Source: Paraphysomonas bandaiensis (taxonomy: Eukaryota; Protista; Chrysophyceae). From it: a stretch of 64,000 nt of DNA. Location: positions 1 through 64,000 of the forward strand of contig CBFFRP010000182.1 of NCBI GenBank assembly GCA_965644295.1. Reading direction: 5' to 3'. Numbering within the stretch: position 1 is the first letter of the stretch; each line of letters opens with the position of its first letter. Under the pieces are notes generated by a model. That model had not been told where the DNA came from, searched no databases, and saw only the letters and a program-made list of their open reading frames with translations. The position numbers and the translations under genes are program-made. This document shows positions 53,223 to 64,000 of the stretch, in pieces.

Positions 53223-56200
53223 ATGGCCGACTCACCATATCATATGAGGTAATATGAGTCCATATCCAGTATGATTGTTCACACCTTGCAGTGGATTATC
53301 AGCACAAAGTTTACGAGAATTCCAAGCCAGTAATTGTAAACGACAGCAGAAATGTATGAGTATTGCTCTATCGGCTTATAAATGTATTTATTAGAGTATA
53401 TATCAGCACATGACCATACAGGGAATGACACTCCAAACAGTCATAGAGTCCCCTGTCTGAAGAATTCAAGTGGATTGAAAAACAGCACCAAGCAGCCTGT
53501 AGGTGATCCAATAGAGTCTATTACTTATTCAAGAAGAGGTAAACTGATTTGTAATATAATAATTACTTGTGAAAACTCTTATTGCTATTAGAGTCATCGC
53601 ACTTGACCTCTAATCCTTTGCAAGCTAGTACTCACTCTATATTCTACCGAGATGCTAATACTGAAGGTTCCAGTAATCCAGGTTAGCTGTTGTTTTTATT
53701 CCTGAAGTGTATAATAGTACAGAGAATACAGATAAACTTGAGGAGATACCTCGATATTCGATGCGCCCATACACCTTGGAGCACAAAAATGAAACTCAAT
53801 TACAGGTAGGGTTTCTTTTCACTAGCAGCTGACACTCAATTTTCTTTTCAGAGCTCTATGTATCAACCTTCATTGAACACTGAGCGTGTGAATGCGCGAT
53901 ACTCTTCATTGCGTAAAGATGACGGCTCAGGCGACACGCAATTGATGGAGAGTGAGCATTCATCACTTGATAAGAAGCAGACTCAGAGCCATATCGCTTC
54001 ACTCGACCCTCAGGTATTCACCTAACATTTATTTCATGTGTGCACCACTATTTTAAAATACTATTGTCTGCTATAGTTTTAGTATTATTGCGTTATTTGA
54101 TAACCCAGTGTATGCACAGATTACGGAACTACCTTATTCGGCACTCGGACATCCATCCAAGAGGACACCACTCAGAGGTTCAATTGAAAGTAAACGGCAA
54201 ATAGAGCATTCATCTATGACAGAAATTCCTTCCACTGAAGTGCACCGCCTTGGATGTAAACGGACTGCTCCGCTACGTAGCCCAGGTGACAGTCTCGAAT
54301 ACATTTCAGCCACATTTTCAGTCTAACGTACATGTTCATTTAGAACCATCGCAAAATTCGCAAAGAATTGACTCTAGGATTTCCGAGTACAAAGCCGAAT
54401 TCAAAGAATGGAAGTCTTTGACGGTATCAAATCACACATACCTACCTATACCTTGGCTATAACCTGTTCCGTATGGCGGCTACACTTTCAAAAATTCTCA
54501 GCTTCACAATTTTATAAAAACTATACAACAGTTCCTATCTCTAACATTACTTCTACTTGCAAACTTACTCACTATACTCTTGTAGACAACCCTGAAGCCG
54601 AATCGGTCAAGTCAACAACCCTTTGGTTTGTCTGCAACAGATATGGACGGCTCAAAGTGGAAGTCACACGCTAAGGAGGTAATGGAGGATTCCACAAAGG
54701 CATTGGCTTCAAGTGCAGAAACACGGGTTGCGGGCAATCCATCTTTCCCGGAGAGTTCAATAGTCCCTCCACCTTCAAATTTTGTGTGGCCAGGGCGTGA
54801 AGGTATGGAACAGGAACTATTCTGCTTGTATGATAATGCTATATAGTGGGTGTATCTTGTTGTATACATGGTGATATTGTGTGTAGTACCACAAGAATGC
54901 TGCTCTTTTAATTCTTCTTGCTACTATTGTATTGTACAGACGCTATGCGCGCTCCCCTTGATTCAAGTCATAGCAATAGTGAAACCCACGATCGCTACAT
55001 TGCATGGCCCATACCTCAGGTATACTCTCAGTGACTGTAATGCATTAATGTTATCAATCCACCGTCGACAATATATTCCTTGTGTTTATGTGGTGTATGA
55101 TAAGCATTCTTTCTGTGTACTGAGCTGGTACAAGTTGAGCAATAGTTCCAACATGATAATGGTTTGTAGCCCACTCTGAGTAGCCGAAAGGATTCCACAC
55201 ATCCTTTTGGTCTGTCTGCAACAGATATGGACGGCTCAAAGTGGAAGTCACACGCTAAGGAGGTAATGGAGGATTCCACAAAGGCATTGGCTTCAAGTGC
55301 AGAAACACGGGTTGCGGGCAATCCATCTTTCCCGGAGAGTTCAATAGTCCCTCCACCTTCAAATTTTGTGTGGCCAGGGCGTGAAGGTATGGAACAGGAA
55401 CTATTCTGCTTGTATGATAATGCTATATAGTGGGTGTATCTTGTTGTATACATGGTGATATTGTGTGTAGTACCACAAGAATGCTGCTCTTTTAATTCTT
55501 CTTGCTACAATTGTATTGTACAGACGCTATGCGCGCTCCCCTTGATTCAAGTCATAGCAATAGTGAAACCCACGATCGCTACATTGCATGGCCCATACCT
55601 CAGGTATACTCTCAGTGACTGTAATGCATTAATGTTATCAATCCACCGTCGACAATATATTCCTTGTGTTTATGTGGTGTATGATAAGCATTCTTTCTGT
55701 GTACTGAGCTGGTACAAGTTGAGCAATAGTTCCAACATGATAATGGTTTGTAGCCCACTCTGAGTAGCCGAAAGGATTCCACACATCCTTTTGGTCTGTC
55801 TGCAACAGATATGGACGGCTCAAAGTGGAAGTCACACGCTAAGGAGGTAATGGAGGATTCCACAAAGGCATTGGCTTCAAGTGCAGAAACACGGGTTGCG
55901 GGCAATCCATCTTTCCCGGAGAGTTCAATAGTCCCTCCACCTTCAAATTTTGTGTGGCCAGGGCGTGAAGGTATGGAACAGGAACTATTCTGCTTGTATG
56001 ATAATGCTATATAGTGGGTGTATCTTGTTGTATACATGGTGATATTGTGTGTAGTACCACAAGAATGCTGCTCTTTTAATTCTTCTTGCTACTATTGTAT
56101 TGTACAGACGCTATGCGCGCTCCCCTTGATTCAAGTCATAGCAATAGTGAAACCCACGATCGCTACATTGCATGGCCCATACCTCAGGTATACTCTCAGT

Positions 56201-59200
56201 GACTGTAATGCATTAATGTTATCAATCCACCGTCGACAATATATTCCTTGTGTTTATGTGGTGTATGATAAGCATTCTTTCTGTGTACTGAGCTGGTACA
56301 AGTTGAGCAATAGTTCCAACATGATAATGGTTTGTAGCCCACTCTGAGTAGCCGAAAGGATTCCACACATCCTTTTGGTCTGTCTGCAACAGATATGGAC
56401 GGCTCAAAGTGGAAGTCACACGCTAAGGAGGTAATGGAGGATTCCACAAAGGCATTGGCTTCAAGTGCAGAAACACGGGTTGCGGGCAATCCATCTTTCC
56501 CGGAGAGTTCAATAGTCCCTCCACCTTCAAATTTTGTGTGGCCAGGGCGTGAAGGTATGGAACAGGAACTATTCTGCTTGTATGATAATGCTATATAGTG
56601 GGTGTATCTTGTTGTATACATGGTGATATTGTGTGTAGTACCACAAGAATGCTGCTCTTTTAATTCTTCTTGCTACAATTGTATTGTACAGACGCTATGC
56701 GCGCTCCCCTTGATTCAAGTCATAGCAATAGTGAAACCCACGATCGCTACATTGCATGGCCCATACCTCAGGTATACTCTCAGTGACTGTAATGCATTAA
56801 TGTTATCAATCCACCGTCGACAATATATTCCTTGTGTTTATGTGGTGTATGATAAGCATTCTTTCTGTGTACTGAGCTGGTACAAGTTGAGCAATAGTTC
56901 CAACATGATAATGGTTTGTAGCCCACTCTGAGTAGCCGAAAGGATTCCACACATCCTTTTGGTCTGTCTGCAACAGATATGGACGGCTCAAAGTGGAAGT
57001 CACACGCTAAGGAGGTAATGGAGGATTCCACAAAGGCATTGGCTTCAAGTGCAGAAACACGGGTTGCGGGCAATCCATCTTTCCCGGAGAGTTCAATAGT
57101 CCCTCCACCTTCAAATTTTGTGTGGCCAGGGCGTGAAGGTATGGAACAGGAACTATTCTGCTTGTATGATAATGCTATATAGTGGGTGTATCTTGTTGTA
57201 TACATGGTGATATTGTGTGTAGTACCACAAGAATGCTGCTCTTTTAATTCTTCTTGCTACAATTGTATTGTACAGACGCTATGCGCGCTCCCCTTGATTC
57301 AAGTCATAGCAATAGTGAAACCCACGATCGCTACATTGCATGGCCCATACCTCAGGTATACTCTCAGTGACTGTAATGCATTAATGTTATCAATCCACCG
57401 TCGACAATATATTCCTTGTGTTTATGTGGTGTATGATAAGCATTCTTTCTGTGTACTGAGCTGGTACAAGTTGAGCAATAGTTCCAACATGATAATGGTT
57501 TGTAGCCCACTCTGAGTAGCCGAAAGGATTCCACACATCCTTTTGGTCTGTCTGCAACAGATATGGACGGCTCAAAGTGGAAGTCACACGCTAAGGAGGT
57601 AATGGAGGATTCCACAAAGGCATTGGCTTCAAGTGCAGAAACACGGGTTGCGGGCAATCCATCTTTCCCGGAGAGTTCAATAGTCCCTCCACCTTCAAAT
57701 TTTGTGTGGCCAGGGCGTGAAGGTATGGAACAGGAACTATTCTGCTTGTATGATAATGCTATATAGTGGGTGTATCTTGTTGTATACATGGTGATATTGT
57801 GTGTAGTACCACAAGAATGCTGCTCTTTTAATTCTTCTTGCTACAATTGTATTGTACAGACGCTATGCGCGCTCCCCTTGATTCAAGTCATAGCAATAGT
57901 GAAACCCACGATCGCTACATTGCATGGCCCATACCTCAGGTATACTCTCAGTGACTGTAATGCATTAATGTTATCAATCCACCGTCGACAATATATTCCT
58001 TGTGTTTATGTGGTGTATGATAAGCATTCTTTCTGTGTACTGAGCTGGTACAAGTTGAGCAATAGTTCCAACATGATAATGGTTTGTAGCCCACTCTGAG
58101 TAGCCGAAAGGATTCCACACATCCTTTTGGTCTGTCTGCAACAGATATGGACGGCTCAAAGTGGAAGTCACACGCTAAGGAGGTAATGGAGGATTCCACA
58201 AAGGCATTGGCTTCAAGTGCAGAAACACGGGTTGCGGGCAATTCATCTTTCCCGGAGAGTTCAATAGTCCCTCCACCTTCAAATTTTGTGTGGCCAGGGC
58301 GTGAAGGTATGGAACAGGAACTATTGTGTAATATTGTTAATTTTAACTATATGCTAAAGCACGTGAGCTAGATGGTAAGAAAGGGTGTACCGAACATAGT
58401 GATAGCTACCATGAGTGGCTATTATCCAAAGTAAGAACAGTGTTTCTACTATTTCCTTATATTTGATAGCAATTTGTAATAGACTAAGTCCTGTATTCGT
58501 TCCGATTCGAATCCACTTACATCGTCATCGACTGATACTGGAAGTGTTACTTGGAAATCCGAAACTAAAGACATCATGGAGGAAGCCGTTCGTAACCGCC
58601 GTGCTTCAAATGAAAAGCCCATAGCAGGAATTGCGACTGCACCAACGTTTTCCATTGCAACCAATTTCGAATTGCCTAACCCTGGAGGTTGATTATATGA
58701 ATATGACATTAGATATGAATTTAACACTACTCAACAGTACAACCTGCTTCTTTAGATTTCAAGAACTGCCATACAGAGTACCGTGATAAATTTCGTCGAC
58801 ACGATCTTTCTGCTAAGGTGTGCTACAATATGAACTTTCTTATCTTACTGCCCTGATAGTTCTGCCAGTCGAATATTGTGTTGCCTAAACCTTGTGAGCA
58901 CATTATATCTGACCTTAGTATTGGTGATGTAAACTCTTTGCATTGGAAATCCGAAACAAGAGATGCCATGGAGCAACTTAAATCAACTCGTAACGCTGGA
59001 ACGGAATCATTGCCTCATAGTACTGTTGCACCACATTCTCTACGTGAAGGCGCGAATTCAGTGCTTTGTTCACAAAATGGCGGAGTAGATATCTGCAATA
59101 ACCAAACTGAATACCGTGATCAATTTCGGGATTGGAAACCTACCAAGGTTGATATTTATTTACATAATGGGTTTCACGTAAAGTAGTTGTCCGGCAGGCG

Positions 59201-61119
59201 TCACCACTTATTCCTCCTGTTTCCAGTAATCCAATCTGTGAATCTGTTGATGCAGTAATTCCTTCAAGCTGGAAGTCCGAGTCTCGGTTTTCGATGGAGC
59301 AGTCAGCAAGAAGCATGGAGGAGCAGACATCAGTACAGGATTTGCCCTCATCTACAGATCCTGTGTTTTCTTCACCTCCTTACTTTGCTTGGTCTACTCA
59401 ACATTGTAAGCGCACTTGATATTCGCTTATCACTGAGACGTTGTAATTGTGGCGTTCGTGTAGATTCTGATAAAGGACCTTGCAGTGAAATGGAGCGTTC
59501 GACAGAATACAGGGACAGCTATATTTCCTGGGCACTAGCAAAGGTAGACGACTATATATTGTGTAACTTAAGCAGCAAGCTTTAAGTTAACACACCTGTT
59601 TTTTATCACTGTGGAATCAGGCTACTAAGAGTGTGAAACCAGATGTTCGGAACCCTATTACACACTTTCCATCAGACGGGAGTACCAAAATATATGATCA
59701 GCGCGGTGACACATGTACTAATAGTTTACTCATGGTAGCATTTCGTACCATAGATATGTATTTTTGACTGGTATTTTATTGCTAGGAAGAGTGCTACTTA
59801 GTGCCTAGAAGCTTGGAAGCAGAATTTCCGAGCAATAGCAGTTTGCCAATGAACTATGAGGTAGAAGAATACGATCAGATAGGGGTAACTTATACGTGAT
59901 ATAAGTCTTATTTTGCTATGCTTATTTTTCATTGGCTAGCCTCCTGGTGGGACGAAAGATTCTCCGGATTTCAGTCGACGACCCTTCAAAGAATTACCCA
60001 ACAAACATCAGAGCTCATCATCGATTTCTACCATTCCTTCCGCGATATGTCAAGGTACTTTAAACGAATACAAGTATATTACAATTTATCTAATCTAATA
60101 ATGTGTTTGGATTGTAGAGTCAGAAGTTGAAATAAGTGAAAATTTGGTTGGAAAATCTAACCGGCATGAATTGGTAAGTATATTTATTAGAGTAGATACT
60201 TCCTTTAAATGCACTTATCATCTGTCATTGTACCAGAGTGAAGAGCACACCAAGAAAGATATAATTTCGATGTCGTCATGCCATGGAGTAGAAAACAATG
60301 ATGAGCAAAAAAGTAGGCAGATGGTTGCTTTTGCTGCAATTTTTTTACACTGCTTTTTATCATTTTCTATTCAACAATGAAGTGTATTTATATATGGGAG
60401 AGTGTGATACTGACTTTTATATAGGTGAGCATTTAACACAAGTGGCGTCTCAAGATGTGCTACATACAACATCAAGAGATGATATGGAAGTGAGTTGAAC
60501 AATGTTTTATAGTCAATCTGTCTAAAACCTCTCAAACAAGGCATCAGTTATAGCGTGCGATAAGTGTGAAGTAAACGGTCCGCAGAATCAGATGTCGTCG
60601 CCGATGAGATACAAACATTATACTCCAGAAATCGCGAAGCGGAGAGCTGTCACCCCTATGTTAGAGAAGCGGCATGTTGACACAGTAGATTCCTTTATTC
60701 GGCGCGCAAAGAGTGCAGAGAAATCAATTTTTTCATCTAAAGCTGATCGATTTGGTCCGAAAGAAGATATCGGCCATCAAGACGCCCGTATTACTTCTGA
60801 TGTCTCCCATTCTCATCCTTCTGGTCCTATTTCGGTAGATGTGTTTATTGGTGGAAATGTTTCTATTCCCCACCGAACTCAATCCAAAACTGTATCAGCT
60901 GCAACTCAGACAGAACGTAAAAACTATGTGTTGCTTGAACCTCGCAGACTTCGAAACCTAATGATATCTACAACACATGGTGGGGCAATAATATTCCCTC
61001 GTATGCATTCCGATAAAGTTATTTGTACAGAAAATCAAAGCGGACTTATTGAAGAAAAAACGTCAGAATACGATGACTATAAACAAGTTAACGTTAAGAA
61101 TAAGCGCACCCTGTTTTAG
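53223..61119 (+). CDS. Large multi-exon repeat protein with SAXO/MDM1-like (S/T)EY...(F/Y)..W motifs; putative microtubule inner protein
   Basis: Spliced motifs SEYKAEFKEW, SETHDRYIAW, TEHSDSYHEW, TEYRDKF, TEYRDQFRDW, TEYRDSYISW alternate with WKS(E/H)...ME. The 5' exons are uncertain. Confidence 0.65.
54622..58325 (+). repeat. Tandem array of ~6.3 near-identical 584-bp units, each with 2 exons and 2 introns
   Basis: ATGGACGGC recurs at 54643, 55227, 55811, 56395, 56979, 57563 and 58147 (period 584). Confidence 0.97.
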
Positions 61120-61608
61120 AAACCTGTTAGAAGACATGGCAGACAGTCAACTAGTCAACTCAGCACCAAGAGCTCATTTTTGAGGTGAGTGTAATTGTAG
61201 GGTTTAGAATGAAGTGCTTATTAGTTTATATACATTTTTTAATTATATTTGTGTATTTTTTTGTGAACGGTTATATAGATATACTCTTTTACCGCACATA
61301 ACACACAACCAAAGTAGGTTTAATGCATGTCCCTCATACCCCTTGTCATACGATAAAGTTCATTGTTACTCGAGTTTATTATCAAGTATATATCCTGCGT
61401 TCTGCAAAGCCCATTGATGGTTTGAGGTTAGAGCCGATTTCAGAGATATTTTGAGTACAAAGGTGCAGGGAAATGATGAGTGTAGGGTTGCATAGTGTAT
61501 GATAATTTTACGATATTAGAATTACTATTTTATTATTTATACATCATGTACTGATATTATATCGAAGTATTTAATGCCTTAACTGATTTGTGTTTGGAAT
61601 ACACTCTC

Positions 61609-61770
61609 TGTTGAGTTCTGCTCTATGAGAGCAATTGAAAGCTGTAGTTTTAAGGTATTTAAAGAATAACCGTTACGAGTAGTATAAAGTTGTAGTTACT
61701 ATGAGAATAAATGACGATAAGTATAAAATATGTAGTAATGAAATGGAATATAGAATATAGTGACGATGCC
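61609..61770 (+). mobile_element. Diverged LTR fragment related to the 19013-21156 element
   Basis: TGTTGAGTTCTGCT...GAGCAATTGAAAGCTGTAGTTTTAAG aligns with the LTR start TGTTGAGTTTTGCT...GAGCAATTAAAAGCTGTAATTCTAAG. The right end is not defined. Confidence 0.55.
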
Positions 61771-63187
61771 AATTTGCTCCAAGAATGGGATATTGTCTCA
61801 ATTTACTGTTCGTAAAAAGGCCTTCTCCTGCGTCCAGTCATTTACAATATGTCTTGTATCACCCGATACATCATCAGAATGGCTCGCCGAACTGGGGGGC
61901 GAAGGCTGTGTTCCTGATATATGAAATAGCTGTTACGGTAATCACTCCCTGAGATTGTGAAGATATAAACATAAACGCAATTTACCTTTCATAAAGAAAG
62001 CATTCTTTAAGTAAAGAATACAAAAAGACGCTGCTTTTTCTATTTGCAGCGTGTTTTAAAACTACATTTGATTTTTAAACTTTGATACTCATAGCTTCAA
62101 ACTTTTTCACTTTTATTTCAAATTTCCCAACGATAGCAGATAAGTGTAGGTGCTGAAAACCCCTACAAGATTATTGAGCTATTGAATAACTTTGCAACTT
62201 GAGTCAGGATAATTGTGGACAAAGATGCAAAAAACGAGTTACACTAAAAACTCACCCGCTGGAGACAGAATATTCACAATCACTTCGCAGTTTAGGCATG
62301 GGCACACAACGTAAGAGTTCCACTTTACAAGTTTCACTGTCAGATCTTCAAGGCTGCCTGGAGGTACTGTGCAAGTTTGCCGAGGTATTATCAACTTGAC
62401 ACAGTGCCAAAATTACATGCGGTGGTTGTCAACAAGTGCAATGGAATAGTTGAGAACGTCTTTGAGACAGGCGCAATGAAGGAGACTCATTTGCAATGTC
62501 AGCACAGTATGGAACACGGTGTGTCATGCATTGCATAGCTGGTCTAAGACTGACTATCTTTACTCTTTCTCAATCCTTTTTAATGTCGTGTTGAAAAAGG
62601 GAAGATATATTTCATCATTGTGAATCCATCCATTGCAGTGTTATGCATGTGTGTTGTGTCCAATTCACAGTACATGTATGTACAGTACATACCTGCCTGG
62701 CCACTGGTATGTTCATAAACCCCTGAAAAATCCGAAATATGTGGGTTATTTATGGTGAAGGGAATTAGGATTTGACAAAAAAAACGCCATTATTATAAAC
62801 CTTTAAAAATCCACGACTATCGTCTGTATGTCCAGACATCGTACGACCATATCGTAGTGTACAAAAAAAATATTCTTAAACAGAATTTCATGTAAAATAC
62901 TGTACAGTATACCAGTATACAAGTGGTTTTCAGCGTAAAAAACAGGCCTTTTTAATATTTATTCACTCAAATATGCCTAATATTAGCTTGAATCTGGTAT
63001 ACCCAGATGTTAATTACTGTATAAACTGCAGTGAATATATATATATATATATAACCACTCCAGTTCTAAAGTGGCCTTCTTCCTTCTTCGAATATTTACT
63101 GAGACAGTGTCGAATGTTAGTATAGCAACATATACAACATACATACATACATTAACTAACTTATATAAGACAAAGAATAAAATAATA

Positions 63188-64000
63188 ATGATCCCATTCG
63201 TTCATTCGTTTGGTCCATTAAATGGAAGTCGTGGACCTCAACAATTTCTAGAGAAATATCGTTGTAATTCAATGGCATTTTCAGGTCGTGAATTAGAAGA
63301 TGGTGATAAAATACTATTACCTCAATCTGCTTTAATGAAATTAGCGGATATGAATGTGGACTATCCGATGCTCTTTCAGTTAACTAACCCTGCAATGGAT
63401 AAGAAAACACACTGTGGAGTGTATGAGTTTAGTGCTCAAGAGGGTCAGTGTTACATTCCATTTTGGATGATGCAAAATTTAATGCTAGGAGAGGGTGCTT
63501 TGATATCAGTTAAAAATGTATCACTACCGAAGGCTAAATACGTGAAATTTCGTCCTCAATCTGTAGATTTTTTGGATATTTCTAATCCAAGAGCTGTTCT
63601 TGAGAAAACTTTGAGAAATTATACTTGTGTGACGACAGGGGATCAAATTTGCATCCGTTACCTTGACAAGAATTTATACTTAGAAGTAGTTGAAGTAAAG
63701 CCTAATGGTGCGGCTTCTATTGTGGAGACCGATTGTGAAGTGGACTTTGCAGAACCGGTTGGGTATGTCCCTCCTCCTAAACCATCTTCAACTTCGTCAT
63801 CCCCCTCGGTGGAAAGTATGGGTTCTTCAGGAAGTGTAATATCTGCTCCACGTACGGTACAGCGAGCACGTGCGCATGATGAGCAAGCCAAAGCGGAGGA
63901 GAACTCAAAAAAATTTAAACCCTTTTCGGGGAAGGCCGTTCGAGTAGATGGCAAGCCAGGAAACTCTCCTGTTGATGGTGTGGAGTCGAAGAACGACGGG
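63188..64000 (+). CDS. UFD1: Ubiquitin fusion degradation protein 1; runs off the window
   Basis: YRCNSMAF, GDKILLPQSAL, YPMLFQL, THCGVYEFSA, PFWMMQNL, FLDISNPRAVLE, IVETDCEVDF. Absent from the ORF track because there is no stop in the window. Confidence 0.95.
   Translation, partial: MIPFVHSFGPLNGSRGPQQFLEKYRCNSMAFSGRELEDGDKILLPQSALMKLADMNVDYPMLFQLTNPAMDKKTHCGVYEFSAQEGQCYIPFWMMQNLMLGEGALISVKNVSLPKAKYVKFRPQSVDFLDISNPRAVLEKTLRNYTCVTTGDQICIRYLDKNLYLEVVEVKPNGAASIVETDCEVDFAEPVGYVPPPKPSSTSSSPSVESMGSSGSVISAPRTVQRARAHDEQAKAEENSKKFKPFSGKAVRVDGKPGNSPVDGVESKNDG

Noticed and set aside
54850-58241. Repeated 109-, 141- and 65-aa ORFs in the array as separate genes
   Set aside because: They are off-frame or antisense read-throughs of introns; the spliced plus-strand model explains the sequence.
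54622-58325. CRISPR array or non-coding satellite
   Set aside because: There are no variable spacers. The units are 584 bp and resolve into in-frame exons and introns of a eukaryotic gene.
15205-64000. Alternative genetic code, or a selenoprotein beside SepSecS
   Set aside because: Intact genes end in TAA, TAG and TGA with no conserved in-frame stops, and no UGA-readthrough ORF or SECIS element could be supported.

Overview
Gene-dense, intron-rich eukaryotic nuclear DNA with short GT-AG introns. The gene content (MNS1, an EML-like protein, a SAXO/MDM1-like protein) points to a flagellated protist, probably a stramenopile; this is inference. Recognisable genes are an EF-hand/HELP/WD40 EML-like protein, U1-C, a HemK methyltransferase fused to a degenerate RluA-type pseudouridine-synthase domain, a PH-ankyrin-FYVE-R-SNARE protein, an SLC4/BOR transporter, SepSecS, dUTPase, MNS1, RPN8, an Aladin-like WD40 protein, an aldo-keto reductase, TatD, ELP2, a repeat protein with microtubule-binding-type motifs, and UFD1. 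Many sit head-to-head around a recurring promoter architecture. Mobile DNA includes a young non-autonomous LTR element (268-bp LTRs, 5-bp TSD), two nested non-LTR copies each with its own TSD, and MITE/hAT remnants. The 584-bp tandem array at 54.6-58.3 kb is not a satellite: each unit holds two exons and two introns that splice in frame to add 99 aa. Genes in the first ~14 kb carry many single-base frameshifts, probably assembly errors, so models there are approximate. All assignments come from motif recognition by eye; no searches were run.
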